In this document: positions 19,885-30,376 of the stretch, one piece after another
Position numbering within the stretch: the first letter of the stretch is position 1
Layout: the number at the start of each line of letters is the position of its first letter
From: Promethearchaeota archaeon
GTDB lineage: Archaea > Asgardarchaeota > Lokiarchaeia > Sigyniarchaeales > SOKP01
Direction of reading: 5' to 3'
DNA length: 64,000 nt
Assembly: GCA_048938445.1 (NCBI GenBank)
Contig: JBHLME010000004.1
Coordinates: forward strand, 13,976-77,975
The notes under the pieces: model-generated
Database searches by the model: none
The model's input: the letters and a program-made list of their open reading frames with translations, nothing else
Told to the model about the DNA's origin: nothing
Position numbers and translations under genes: made by a program

Positions 19885-20856
19885 TTGAGATATTTGGTAA
19901 TGAATAAAAAAGCAGAATATAAGTGGAAATATGGATTTTTCTTGGGTTGTGTCATTCCTAATAGATATCCAATGATAGAAATTTCCATTCGAAATGTTTT
20001 TGATTATTTAGGTGTAGAATTAGTAGATCTGCCAGGAGCCTCGTGTTGTCCCGCGCCGGGAGTATTTCGTGCTTTTCATATTCCTAGTTGGTACGTTATT
20101 GCTGCCAGAAATATCTCCATAGGTGAGAGTTTAGGTGTTAATCTCGTAACAGGTTGTAATGGTTGTTATGGAACTTTAAGGGATGTCTGGTATGAGCTGC
20201 AGCATGATAAAGAAATGAAAAAAAAGGTCAATGAGGAATTAGAAAAAGTTGGAAGAATTTATAAAGGTAATTTAGAACCCAAACATCTAATGGAGGTTTT
20301 CTATTTGGATATGGGAATAGATTACGTAAATGATTTTATTCGATATAAATTTAAGGACTTAAAAGTTGCTGTACATTACGGATGTCATATTATTAAACCA
20401 AGCGATAAAAGACCCTGGAATGGCGAATATGAAGTCCCAACCTTCTTTGATGAAATTGTTGAATTAACAAGCGCAAAAAGTATAGACTATAAAGATAAAT
20501 TCATGTGCTGTGGTGCTGGAGGAGCATTAAGAACGGCAGTGAAGGAAGTCGCAGCGGATTTCACTCGAGAAAAATTAATTAACATTCGTAATGCAGGAGC
20601 TGATATAATCGTTGATTGTTGCCCTTTTTGTCACCTACAACTGGACCTTGGACAAGTGGAAGTAAATAATATTTATAAGGACATAATTGGAGAACCATTT
20701 AATATTCCAATAATATATATCACTCAACTTTTAGGCGTTTCTTTTGGAATGGATCCTAATTTATTAGGTTTGGTAAAGAATCATTCACTCTCTGGCGTAT
20801 CTCCATTTATTTCAATTGATCCTTTTGTTGAAATTGTTAAAGAACAATTAGGTTAG
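19885..20856 (+). CDS. hdrB: heterodisulfide reductase subunit B
   Basis: FLGCVIPNRYP, SCCPAPG, GCNGCY, HYGCH, CCGAGG, CPFCHLQLD; start may be the ATG at 19900. Confidence 0.95.
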   Translation: MRYLVMNKKAEYKWKYGFFLGCVIPNRYPMIEISIRNVFDYLGVELVDLPGASCCPAPGVFRAFHIPSWYVIAARNISIGESLGVNLVTGCNGCYGTLRDVWYELQHDKEMKKKVNEELEKVGRIYKGNLEPKHLMEVFYLDMGIDYVNDFIRYKFKDLKVAVHYGCHIIKPSDKRPWNGEYEVPTFFDEIVELTSAKSIDYKDKFMCCGAGGALRTAVKEVAADFTREKLINIRNAGADIIVDCCPFCHLQLDLGQVEVNNIYKDIIGEPFNIPIIYITQLLGVSFGMDPNLLGLVKNHSLSGVSPFISIDPFVEIVKEQLG

Positions 20857-21098
20857 AATTTTAATCTTAACTTGAGAATATGTAGCTCCTAGGACTTAAA
20901 AAAATGACCTTAAAATGGAAGATCTGTCTGATATATCTCTACTCAATAATCAATTAAAAAAGAAAAATTTCAAATTAGCTGAATTTAAAGAATTGAATTT
21001 TTTAAGGATTTTCTATATGCAACATATGAAAGGAGCTCATCTTACAAATTTTTGCAGAAATCTCGAATCCATTTTGAAAATTATAAAAAAATAATGCT

Positions 21099-22031
21099 AT
21101 GAAGTATATATATGGACCTGTTCCAAGCAGGAGATTAGGAAGATCTTTAGGAATTGATCCAATTCCTTCAAAAACATGCAATTATCAATGTGTGTATTGT
21201 CAATTAGGAAAAACAACGAATTTTACAAATCAAAGGAAAAATTATTTTCCCAAACAAGAAATAATCTCCGAAATTTCAGAAGTCCTTGAATATGGTGATA
21301 CAAATTTTGATTATGTAACATTTGTAGGAAGTGGAGAACCAACATTGTTTAAAGATTTGAAGGACTTAATTTTAATAACAAAAAAACTCTCTCACAAACC
21401 TATCTGCGTAATTACAAATGGGGCATTATTATATCAAAAGGAAGTAATAGATTCATTATTACTCTTCGATATTGTTTTGCCTAGCTTGGATGCTGGAGAT
21501 GAGCCCTCTTTTATCAAAATTAATCGACCACATCCATCTATAAAATATAATTCTGTTATTCAAGGGCTTATTGACTTCAAGAATAAATTTAAGGGCAAAT
21601 TCTGGGTGGAGATCATGTTGATAAAAGGAATAAATGATTCAAAAAAAGCACTTTTAAAAATTAAGGACAAAATTGATCTAATAAAACCAGATAGAATTGA
21701 TATAAATGTTCCAATAAGACCCCCTGTTGAAGAGTGGGTTAAAATTCCGGATAAATCTGTCTTCTCCTTATTAAATGAGGTATTTAGTGAATACAACAAT
21801 ATTAGTTTCCCTGAAATTGGATCTTTCGGATTTTATTCATCAGATTTCGAAAAAGAACTCTTATCAATAATAGAGAGACATCCAATGAGACAAGAACAGA
21901 TATTAAAAACGTTTTCCTCTAAAAATTTAGATAAGAATGATATTTTAACAAGATTAAAAAAACTAAAATCCCTAAATGTAATTGAAAAAAAAAAATATTC
22001 GAATATAATTTATTGGAAATTAAAGATCTAA
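21099..22031 (+). CDS. radical SAM protein (COG0731 type)
   Basis: YGPVPSRRLGRSLG, CNYQCVYC, GSGEPTL. Confidence 0.9.
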   Translation: MKYIYGPVPSRRLGRSLGIDPIPSKTCNYQCVYCQLGKTTNFTNQRKNYFPKQEIISEISEVLEYGDTNFDYVTFVGSGEPTLFKDLKDLILITKKLSHKPICVITNGALLYQKEVIDSLLLFDIVLPSLDAGDEPSFIKINRPHPSIKYNSVIQGLIDFKNKFKGKFWVEIMLIKGINDSKKALLKIKDKIDLIKPDRIDINVPIRPPVEEWVKIPDKSVFSLLNEVFSEYNNISFPEIGSFGFYSSDFEKELLSIIERHPMRQEQILKTFSSKNLDKNDILTRLKKLKSLNVIEKKKYSNIIYWKLKI

Positions 22032-22170
22032 CAAATTTAGAATTCTCATTGAAAAAACAACTTTATTTGTTAAAAATGTTGATGTGATTAAGGACATTCC
22101 TGTTTTAATTATTTAATAGGCACAAGATCAAGATGGTAATTTTTTAGGTAATAAATTAGAAATTCCTACG

Positions 22171-22599
22171 TTATTCTATTACAGGGATAATTGCATTATT
22201 AGGGCAATTTTTAAAGCATTTTAAACAATTGTTGCATTCTAAAAGGTTGTTTTTCTGAAATACAATTTTTTCTTTTCCAATTTTATCCTTTTGGAGCTTA
22301 TATAGATTTTTAAAGCAAAAATCATCATTTATACATATTTTACAAAAATTACATTTATCAGAATCAATTTCAAATCCTTTCAATTGACCATCTTCAATAG
22401 AAATTACTTCGATGGCTCCATGTTCACAAACTTCCACGCATTTTAAACACCCCTCGCATTTATTATAGTCTACATAGCGCAAGGAATCTTTAAAAAAAAT
22501 TGCTTTTGTGGAGCAACTATACATGCACCGCTGACATCTTACACATAAATTCGGATTTATACTAATCGGAAATAATTTTTCGTTTATAATGTCATTCAT
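22171..22599 (-). CDS. 4Fe-4S polyferredoxin
   Basis: Four CxxCxxC-type motifs (CVRCQRCMYSC, CEGCLKCVEVC, CNFCKIC, CNNCLKCFKNCP). Confidence 0.88.
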   Translation of the reverse strand: MNDIINEKLFPISINPNLCVRCQRCMYSCSTKAIFFKDSLRYVDYNKCEGCLKCVEVCEHGAIEVISIEDGQLKGFEIDSDKCNFCKICINDDFCFKNLYKLQKDKIGKEKIVFQKNNLLECNNCLKCFKNCPNNAIIPVIE

Positions 22600-22625
22600 T
22601 TATGATTACTCTTGATTTATAGGAA

Positions 22626-23402
22626 TTAAACTAAATTTTTAAACAATTCTTTAGCCTTGATGTAAGCTAAATTATTCTTAGGGAGATTTAAAAGATTTTT
22701 ACCTAATAAATTATATTTCATGAGTTCCATATCTAGTGGAATGTATCCCAATAGATGAATATTTGGATCATTGAGGGATTTTAATTTTTCATTAAAAAGA
22801 TCTATTCTATCGTTTGGAAACTTATTTCCCAACAACCAATAATTTTCAAATGTCAAGTTGACTTCTTTCGATACTATCAGAATATTTTTTAAAGTACTAA
22901 ATGCCATTTTACTTGGCTCAACGATTATCAATAAATCTGATACGTCTTTTCCCGTCTTTCGTGCAAAATGTTCTAAACCTGCTGGTGAGTCAAATAAAAT
23001 GAAATTATAAGTTTCTGAGAGGATATCAAGCGCATTTTTTAACACATTATTTACGGAGCAATAGCACCCCTCTCCTTCCGTACGTCCCATTTCTATTAAA
23101 TCAAATGCATCCTTATTGATTATACAATTAAAAATTTCCGCTTCGATCGCTTGCTTTTTATCTTTATAAGGAGCAATCATATTTTTAGCAATTTTATCTT
23201 GAAGGGTTTTCATTTTTCCAGCAATTGTTTCATTAAAATGAATTTTTTCTCCAATTAAATCTGCAACATTCGCATCAGGATCTGCATCTATAACGAGAAT
23301 TCTATAATCCTTTTTACTTTCAATTAGGAATTTTAAAAAAAGAACCAAGCACGTGGATTTTCCAACACCCCCTTTTCCCGTGAATGCTATTGATTTATCC
23401 AT
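22626..23402 (-). CDS. cooC: CooC-type CO dehydrogenase nickel-insertion ATPase
   Basis: GKGGVGKS, IDADPD, GEGCYC, DSPAGLEH. Confidence 0.85.
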   Translation of the reverse strand: MDKSIAFTGKGGVGKSTCLVLFLKFLIESKKDYRILVIDADPDANVADLIGEKIHFNETIAGKMKTLQDKIAKNMIAPYKDKKQAIEAEIFNCIINKDAFDLIEMGRTEGEGCYCSVNNVLKNALDILSETYNFILFDSPAGLEHFARKTGKDVSDLLIIVEPSKMAFSTLKNILIVSKEVNLTFENYWLLGNKFPNDRIDLFNEKLKSLNDPNIHLLGYIPLDMELMKYNLLGKNLLNLPKNNLAYIKAKELFKNLV

Positions 23403-23420
23403 TTTTTTATTTCTATTTTT

Positions 23421-23906
23421 TTAACTGTTCAGTAGATATTTTATGTCTACTTTTTCATGTTTATTATATCCATTTTCACGCTTAATTATTCTTCTTTTTA
23501 TACGACTTGATGAATTTAATTCATATTTATCGTAATATATATTTAATCTTCTAACATCAATTTGGCTTAAACCTTTGCTTTTTAAAGTTTCTTTTAAAAT
23601 TTTTTCATCAAACCTTTGATCTGGCCCTAAGAGAATAATATCTGGATTAATTTCCAAAACAGTTAATAAAATGTTTTTATCTTTTCTTCCTAATACTACT
23701 TCTTTTACATTTTTCAGATTTTTTATAACTTCTAATCTTTGTTCTTCAGGTATTATTGGCGGTTTTCCAGAATATCTTTCTCGATTTTCATCGGTAGCTA
23801 TAATTACATGAACTTCACCTAATTTAGCGGCTTCATTTATTAAAAATATATGACCTGGGTGTAAAATATCAAAAGTACCTGCTACTAGTATTTTTTTATT
23901 ATTCAT
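23421..23906 (-). CDS. ribL: archaeal FAD synthase (cytidylyltransferase family)
   Basis: GTFDILHPGH, PEEQRLEVI, PDIILLGPDQ, SSSRIK. Confidence 0.85.
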   Translation of the reverse strand: MNNKKILVAGTFDILHPGHIFLINEAAKLGEVHVIIATDENRERYSGKPPIIPEEQRLEVIKNLKNVKEVVLGRKDKNILLTVLEINPDIILLGPDQRFDEKILKETLKSKGLSQIDVRRLNIYYDKYELNSSSRIKRRIIKRENGYNKHEKVDIKYLLNS

Positions 23907-24010
23907 TTAAGATAACTATTTTTTAAATTAATTTCTCAATTAAATATATCTCCATTTATACTTTCTTTACATTCCTTTTATTGAAGTTGACATTAGAAAG
24001 TTATAATTAT

Positions 24011-24355
24011 TTACATCTTTTCAATTATTTCTTTTAAGATTAGCTCCCCCGTAGCACCAACCATTACGCCTTTTTTTACGATAGCTTCACCCATAACTTC
24101 AATGTTTTTATCCAATAGCTTACCATCTTTAAAAAACAATAGAGTTGGTACGGCGAATATATTTAATTTTTGACCCATCTCACGATTTTCATCAATATTA
24201 ATTCGTATTAAATTAATTAACCCTTTATTCTTGAAATTCTCTAAGATTGGAGATATTAACTTACAAGGTCCACACCATTCAGTATATAAGTCAATTATAA
24301 GTTTACCTTCCACAGGACCATCAATTCCATATTGTTTAAAATATTCAATGTTCAT
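24011..24355 (-). CDS. trxA: thioredoxin (start reassigned to ATG at 24355)
   Basis: WCGPC active site, AVPTLLFFKDG; the track's upstream extension overlaps another small gene. Confidence 0.85.
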   Translation of the reverse strand: MNIEYFKQYGIDGPVEGKLIIDLYTEWCGPCKLISPILENFKNKGLINLIRINIDENREMGQKLNIFAVPTLLFFKDGKLLDKNIEVMGEAIVKKGVMVGATGELILKEIIEKM

Positions 24356-24408
24356 ATATTTACACAATTTAAAAGTTAATATTTTCAAATTAATAAATAT
24401 TAAATTAC

Positions 24409-24588
24409 TTATTTTCTTACCAATCTTGACCCACAAGATGGACAAACTTGTTGGTAGCACGGAATTCCTATTTGATGCGGAAATGTTTTGCCACAATTTG
24501 GACAGAAACAGGCTCCTCCAGGACCTGCAGCTTGTCCGCCTCCCATCCTACCTCTACCCCCTCCTTGTCCTCTTCCTCGACCACTCAT
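24409..24588 (-). CDS. small Gly-rich Cys/His metal-binding protein (59 aa), not in ORF track
   Basis: Manual translation MSGRGRGQGGGRGRMGGGQAAGPGGACFCPNCGKTFPHQIGIPCYQQVCPSCGSRLVRK. Confidence 0.88.
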   Translation of the reverse strand: MSGRGRGQGGGRGRMGGGQAAGPGGACFCPNCGKTFPHQIGIPCYQQVCPSCGSRLVRK

Positions 24589-24757
24589 TATTATTCCCTA
24601 ACTAGTAATTTTATATTTTCTTTCTAAGATGTAAAAAAATCTAGTTTTAATGATTTAGTAGATATCACTTTAGATTTTCTACTTACAAAGTATTACAAAT
24701 ATCCTTTTCTTTGTTTTTTTTTAATTTATAGAATTTTTTTAATAATTCTTGATAATT

Positions 24758-24826
24758 CTGAATAATTATTCATTACTAAGTGTTAGTTAACCTACCTTAA
24801 TAAATGTTATGAATAATTATTCATAA
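24758..24826 (-). promoter_or_regulatory. duplicated promoter with two TGAAT-N4-ATTCA boxes
   Basis: Boxes at 24758-24773 and 24809-24824; same 51-bp spacing and flanks as 18721-18789. Confidence 0.7.
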
Positions 24827-25003
24827 ATCACTTAATTATTTCTTATAATCCTTAATGAAAACTTGGGATTAAATTTGATTTGTGGTATAATTATTTTAAG
24901 GAAAAATTTTTTCAGATGCTATTTTTAATAATAGTTATTTTTTAGTATGAGTAAGTCTTATTATTTTTATTATTAATAATTATTCAAAAAAACTTGATTT
25001 AAT

Positions 25004-26008
25004 ATGGATATTGGAAGTATTGAAAGTGGAAAACTTGATATCAAAGTCTTAACGACAAATACCACACTAGCGACGTTGTTAGATAAGGAGAATTTAAAAG
25101 GAAAAGTAAAACAACCAGGTCCTTTAGGTGCAAGGTTATTAGGAGAACATGGGTTATCACTCTTATTTGATATAAAGGACGGGGACCAGAAAAAAAAATT
25201 ACTTTTAGATGCGGGAGGAGCTAATGAAAGTATATTATATAATGCAAAGATCTTGCGTCTTAAATTTAAAGAAATAAATACATTCATCTTGAGTCATGGT
25301 CATATTGACCATTTTGGGGGAATGGAAAAATTATTACCAAATTTAAAAGAAGGATGTGAAATCATTATAAGTCCCGAAGCTTATCTCAATAATGTAATTT
25401 TAGTTCCTGCTGATAATAACTATTATAGTCCAGAAGAATTATCGAAAAATTATGCTAATTTAGCGAAACAGATAGATAATAAGTATAGCATTCCATTACC
25501 TCCCTTCAGTAAAAAAATGGTAAATAATCTCGTAGCTGAAAACAAACTTAATTTAATTGAAGCTAAAGAGCCGATCAAGCTAAATGAGGGGATCATAACC
25601 AGCGGACCCATTGAACTATTTAATGAGGATGAATCCACCAAAGGATTTTATCTCAAGAAAGATAATGATACTTTTGTAAAAAATACCTTCAGGGATGAGA
25701 ATTCTATATATATAAATGTAAAAGATAAAGGATTAGTAGTGATTACTGGTTGTGGGCATGCGGGAATAGTGAATACGATTAAGCATGGTCAAAAATTAAC
25801 TGGAGTAAATAAAATTTATGCCGTAATTGGAGGCTTTCATGAAGAATGGAATCCAATAGAAACCGTTCAAAGAAAAGTGAATTTTATTAAGGAACTGAAT
25901 CCAGAAATTATCTGTGGAATGCATTGCACGGGATTTATATTTAATAAATTGATAGCTGACCATCCTGCTCATGTTTTAGGGATTTCAGGAACAGAGTTTC
26001 GGTTTTAA
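25004..26008 (+). CDS. MBL-fold metallo-hydrolase (COG1237 type)
   Basis: GEHGLS, SHGHIDH, GCGHAG, GGFH, MHCTG. Confidence 0.9.
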   Translation: MDIGSIESGKLDIKVLTTNTTLATLLDKENLKGKVKQPGPLGARLLGEHGLSLLFDIKDGDQKKKLLLDAGGANESILYNAKILRLKFKEINTFILSHGHIDHFGGMEKLLPNLKEGCEIIISPEAYLNNVILVPADNNYYSPEELSKNYANLAKQIDNKYSIPLPPFSKKMVNNLVAENKLNLIEAKEPIKLNEGIITSGPIELFNEDESTKGFYLKKDNDTFVKNTFRDENSIYINVKDKGLVVITGCGHAGIVNTIKHGQKLTGVNKIYAVIGGFHEEWNPIETVQRKVNFIKELNPEIICGMHCTGFIFNKLIADHPAHVLGISGTEFRF

Positions 26009-26089
26009 ATTAATTTAATTTATAGAATTTAAAAAAACTTTAAAGATTCTACAAATAGCGTATTAAATTAGAAAATTCAATCATTAAGT

Positions 26090-27322
26090 TTAATTTGACT
26101 TCAAATTGATTATTTCTTGTAATATGTTAAAATCTGTAATTTCTAAATCTACAAAATTATTTTCAAAGATAAGAGAAGGCCCTTTATTTAGTGGTTTCTT
26201 CAAAAATATGTAATCTATTTTTTTAGATATTAAAAAATCAGAAACTAACAATCCTTTCCGTTTTTCTACTTTTCGAAAAGGATTTTCTAAAATTTCCATT
26301 TTTTTTAATCTATTTTCCTCGAAATCTAAAAGAGCAAAATAATTACTTTCTCCAAAGTGTTCAGAAATGGGAGAACTATTAGCCAAATTATCTTCTAATG
26401 GCACTGCAATTCTTAATTCCTTGATTTGCTTTCCATGAGTGTTAAATACTACTTTAAAAATTTTAGGAAACTTTGCTTTTATTTGATCGGTTAATTTACT
26501 TTTTAAAACATCTACTTTATACTGCGGAATGTTTTCATTTAATGAAAAACTTACTTCTAAGAAGATAAATCTTCCATAAGATCGTATTTCGATATTTTCG
26601 ACTTCTTTAATGGTAGGAAAATTCTTAATTAAATCATAAAGCTCTGTTCGTTTATCAAATTCTACCACGGCATCTAATAGGGTACGCATTGAAGAAATAA
26701 AAATTTCATAACCACCTTTTACTATAAATATAGTTATTAATAGTCCTAAAACAGGATCTAATAGATATAATTTAAAAAAAGCACCTATAACTCCAATAAA
26801 TACAGATGTAGATATTAAAACGTCAACTTTCTTTTCATTTGCTTCAGTTTCAATTATTGGGACATTTGTTTTCTTACTAATTATTTTTAAATAAATGGTC
26901 ATTAAAGACGAAATCAAAATGGAGATAATTAAAAATAAAAATAAATCATTAGAAATTTCTAAAGGATTAGGATTTCCATTGATAAAAGCAATAATACTTG
27001 AAATCGATTCTATAAAAATGTTATAAGCATTAAAAAAAATAAATAAAGCAAAAAATAAACTAATAATATTTTCAATTTTATAATAACCATAAGGATATTG
27101 TTTATTTGGCTTCTTTCTTACTAAAATAAAACCAAGCATTGCTGTAGCATACATTACAATATCATTTAAATTGTCGAAAGCATCTGCTCTGAGAGCGATA
27201 CTATTTGAAATAAAGCTAAAAGCCAATTTTAAAATTATCAAAATTATATATGTAATTAAGAGTACTAAATTAACAAATTCAGGTTTTGTGTATAATTTTT
27301 CATTATCTTTAATTATAGACAT
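26090..27322 (-). CDS. cation diffusion facilitator transporter fused to a NifB/NifX-like domain
   Basis: SIALRADAFDNLND, YPYGYYKIE, DPVLGLLI; C-terminal IAVP...ISEHFGESNYF. Confidence 0.88.
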   Translation of the reverse strand: MSIIKDNEKLYTKPEFVNLVLLITYIILIILKLAFSFISNSIALRADAFDNLNDIVMYATAMLGFILVRKKPNKQYPYGYYKIENIISLFFALFIFFNAYNIFIESISSIIAFINGNPNPLEISNDLFLFLIISILISSLMTIYLKIISKKTNVPIIETEANEKKVDVLISTSVFIGVIGAFFKLYLLDPVLGLLITIFIVKGGYEIFISSMRTLLDAVVEFDKRTELYDLIKNFPTIKEVENIEIRSYGRFIFLEVSFSLNENIPQYKVDVLKSKLTDQIKAKFPKIFKVVFNTHGKQIKELRIAVPLEDNLANSSPISEHFGESNYFALLDFEENRLKKMEILENPFRKVEKRKGLLVSDFLISKKIDYIFLKKPLNKGPSLIFENNFVDLEITDFNILQEIINLKSN

Positions 27323-27436
27323 TTTCTTTCAAATGTGTTCAATGGTTAAATTATGATATTTTTCTTTTTTTTATAAAAATTAAATAATCTATGTTATAAA
27401 TTGTAGAATAATTATTTTTTAAAAAATTTAAGAATT

Positions 27437-27452
27437 ATGAATATATATTCAT
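27437..27452. promoter_or_regulatory. ATGAAT-N4-ATTCAT box
   Basis: Perfect palindrome ATGAATATATATTCAT between the divergent CDF gene and the NifX-like operon. Confidence 0.6.
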
Positions 27453-27566
27453 AAAGCTTAAAAGCAAAAAAAAATTAATTAAATTGTATAAATGAATAAT
27501 TATTAAAAATCATTTTTCGGGTCATTTTAAAATAAAAATAATAAATTTAAGCAGGTTTTTAAAAAA

Positions 27567-27974
27567 ATGAAATATGCAATAAGCACTGACTCCGGTCAAG
27601 TGTGTCCTCATTTTGGACGGGCTCCAGAATTTACTATAATAACTATAGAAGATGGTAAACTAATAGAAAAAAATGTATTTTCAAATCCTGGACACACAGT
27701 TGGGAGTATTCCTCAATTTATTAATGAAAAAGGGGCAAAATGTATGATTACAGGTGGAATGGGTCATAGGGCAGTTCAATTCTTCCAACAGTATGGCATT
27801 GAAGTTGTAATGGGTGTCAGTGGAGATATTAACGAAGTTATTGAAAACATCATAAATGGAACATTAATAGGTGGTGAGAGTTTATGTGCTCCAGGAGCGG
27901 GGAAAGGATATGGAGTAGAAAAAATTCATACTGAAGCAGATGATGATCATCACCATAATCATGGATTGAGCTAA
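27567..27974 (+). CDS. NifB/NifX family FeMo-cluster-binding-like protein
   Basis: CPHFGRAPEF, NPGH, GGMGHRA; His-rich tail. Confidence 0.9.
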   Translation: MKYAISTDSGQVCPHFGRAPEFTIITIEDGKLIEKNVFSNPGHTVGSIPQFINEKGAKCMITGGMGHRAVQFFQQYGIEVVMGVSGDINEVIENIINGTLIGGESLCAPGAGKGYGVEKIHTEADDDHHHNHGLS

Positions 27975-28011
27975 AATAATATTCAAAAGTAATAATAAAC
28001 CAACAAATATT

Positions 28012-28401
28012 ATGACTCATTTAAATAGAATTATCGGAATACCTTCAGTCGGTCCTGAATTATTTGATAATATTTCAGAACATTTTGGACATTGTGAATA
28101 TTTTATTGGAGTAAGAATTGATGGTAATAATAAGTTAGAAAAAGCATTCACTCTACAAAATCAGGGGCATTCTGGATGTATGGAACCTGTAATAAATATG
28201 AAACAGAGGAGTGTTACAGATATGATTGTGGGGGGGATAGGAGGTCGGCCTTATATAGGTTTTATTCAAATGGGAATAAATCTCTATCAAGGTGTGGAAG
28301 GCAACCTAAGGAAGAATGTAGAATTATTATTAGAAGGAAAATTAAAGCCTTTAGGCGGACCAAGTTGTGGAAATAATTCTGAAGGTGCTCATGTTCATTA
28401 A
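28012..28401 (+). CDS. NifB/NifX family protein
   Basis: SEHFGHCEYF, HSGC, GGIGGRP. Confidence 0.88.
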   Translation: MTHLNRIIGIPSVGPELFDNISEHFGHCEYFIGVRIDGNNKLEKAFTLQNQGHSGCMEPVINMKQRSVTDMIVGGIGGRPYIGFIQMGINLYQGVEGNLRKNVELLLEGKLKPLGGPSCGNNSEGAHVH

Positions 28402-28439
28402 TTAATCTCGTAATTAATGAAATTAAAAATAAGAAAAAT

Positions 28440-28958
28440 GTGAAAAATATGCCAAGTTTTAAAGAAACATATGAAGCAATTAAAGCCGACTGGAATGCAG
28501 GGGAGAAGAACTTTAATATTGAATGTGAAATGCTTTCAGAAGGTATGCAAGTGAAATGTACTATGGGAAATCCCGCAGGAGATCCATTTGAGTTGTTAAT
28601 TGATGCTCCTGGAGGGTTAGATGGAACTAATAAAGGCCCATCTCCATTGTTGGTAATCTTATCATCCGTAGGCGCATGCATCGTAGCAGTTACCAAATTT
28701 TGGGCTAAGATCATGGATATTAAAATTGAAGAGTTAAAGGTATTTTCTCGTGGACACATAAATCTTGGTGCTATCTTTGGAATTGATGATTCTAAACTCG
28801 CGGGTTATGATAACCTTGAACCCGTAATAAGAATCAAGGCAGATGCGCCTGAAGAAAAGATTAACGAGTTAATGGATAAAGTGTTTTCCCATTGTCCAAT
28901 TATTACCAATATGGGTGGAGCTTCTCCCATTACACCTAAAGTCCAAATTAGAAAGTAA
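28440..28958 (+). CDS. OsmC family protein
   Basis: DAPGGLDGTNKGPSP...GAC and HCPI Cys pair. Confidence 0.85.
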   Translation: MKNMPSFKETYEAIKADWNAGEKNFNIECEMLSEGMQVKCTMGNPAGDPFELLIDAPGGLDGTNKGPSPLLVILSSVGACIVAVTKFWAKIMDIKIEELKVFSRGHINLGAIFGIDDSKLAGYDNLEPVIRIKADAPEEKINELMDKVFSHCPIITNMGGASPITPKVQIRK

Positions 28959-29014
28959 TTTGAAATCAAATAAATAAAAATTTTTAAATTTTTTTTTTTT
29001 TTGAGGTTAAAAAA

Positions 29015-29863
29015 ATGCAAAAAAATATTACTCCTGATGAAAAACAAAAAGTCATTGAGAAACGAGAAGAAAATATCAGAAAAAATCTTGAAAAGATTAA
29101 ACATAAATTAGTGGTTATCTCTGGTAAAGGAGGGGTTGGTAAGACTACTGTAGCGGTGAATCTTGCTATTAGTTTAGCTAGCATAGGCCATAGAGTAGGG
29201 ATCTTGGATGTCGACATTACAGGACCAAATGTATTAAAGATGTTAGGAGTCAATCCCGAATTAAAACCCGTAGTCGATCCTCAAAATGAAAAATTCTATC
29301 CCGTTAATGGTCCTTTAAATATGAAAGTAATGAGTATGGCTTTTTTATTAGCAGATCAGGATAGCCCAGTAATATGGAGAGGTCCCATGAAAATGACCGC
29401 GGTGAGACAATTTTTGGGTGATGCTGAATGGGGTGAACTTGATTATTTGATTTGTGACTTACCTCCGGGAACATCTGATGAAACATTAGATATTTTACAA
29501 TTAATACCAGATGAAAATGTAATAATCGTGTCAACACCTCAAGAAGTAGCTCTGATGGATGCCCGAAAGACAATTAATATGGCACAAGTCATGAAAAGGA
29601 ATGTTATAGGGATAATTGAAAATATGTCAGGATTCAAATGTTCTAAGTGTGGTTCATTCATAGAGATTTTTGGTAGTGGTGGAGCAGAGAAGGCTGCAAA
29701 AGATTTTGATATCAAATTATTAGGAAAGATTCCTTTTGAAACAGAGATAGGCCAGCAAGGCGACAAGGGGATACCATTTACGATAAAATATCCTGATTCT
29801 GAGAGTTCTAAAGCTTTTAGAAACATTATAAAAGTAATTCAAGAAATATTAGAAAAAAAATGA
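29015..29863 (+). CDS. mrp: Mrp/NBP35 (ApbC) Fe-S cluster carrier ATPase
   Basis: SGKGGVGKT, VIWRGPMK, DLPPGTSD, TPQEVA, ENMSGFKCSKC. Confidence 0.95.
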   Translation: MQKNITPDEKQKVIEKREENIRKNLEKIKHKLVVISGKGGVGKTTVAVNLAISLASIGHRVGILDVDITGPNVLKMLGVNPELKPVVDPQNEKFYPVNGPLNMKVMSMAFLLADQDSPVIWRGPMKMTAVRQFLGDAEWGELDYLICDLPPGTSDETLDILQLIPDENVIIVSTPQEVALMDARKTINMAQVMKRNVIGIIENMSGFKCSKCGSFIEIFGSGGAEKAAKDFDIKLLGKIPFETEIGQQGDKGIPFTIKYPDSESSKAFRNIIKVIQEILEKK

Positions 29864-29878
29864 TTAAATAAAAAGAGT

Positions 29879-30355
29879 GTGAATATTCTCGTGAAAAAAG
29901 ATTCTTTTGATGATTTTGTTGAAGAGCTACAACAAGAAATCATTGATAAAGAACTAGAAGATTATAATGAGTATATTGTAGAATTATTCCATAATCCAAA
30001 AAATTGGGGTAAACCCCCTGATGATGAAATTACCGTTTCTCAAACGTATTTAGGACCCTGTGGAGACACGATGCACTTCTTCTTGAAAATTAATGATAAT
30101 ATTATAGAAAATGCTCATTTTATAACAGATGGTTGTGGTGCTTCAGTTGCGACTGCAAGTCAAACCACACTCCTTATCAAGGGAAATTCAATAGAATTTG
30201 CTAAAAAATTGAAACCAGAAGATATTGATAAAGCTTTGAAAGGATTACCAGAAGATCATAAACATTGTGCTGAATTAGCCGTAAGAACTTTATCACGGGC
30301 AATAGATCAATATGAAATAAATTATAAAAAAAAAAAAATAAAATATAAAAAATAA
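29879..30355 (+). CDS. IscU/NifU-type Fe-S scaffold protein
   Basis: GPCGDTM, DGCGAS, KHCAELA conserved Cys triad. Confidence 0.9.
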   Translation: MNILVKKDSFDDFVEELQQEIIDKELEDYNEYIVELFHNPKNWGKPPDDEITVSQTYLGPCGDTMHFFLKINDNIIENAHFITDGCGASVATASQTTLLIKGNSIEFAKKLKPEDIDKALKGLPEDHKHCAELAVRTLSRAIDQYEINYKKKKIKYKK

Positions 30356-30376
30356 ATTAAAGAGGTAGAAAATAAG

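Noticed and set aside
20915-21094. 59-codon ORF between hdrB and the radical SAM gene
   Set aside because: No motif, no clear SD and low-complexity composition; cannot be supported
24356-24496. N-terminal extension of thioredoxin in the ORF track
   Set aside because: It overlaps the clearly coding 59-aa Cys-rich gene; the ATG at 24355 gives a normal-size thioredoxin
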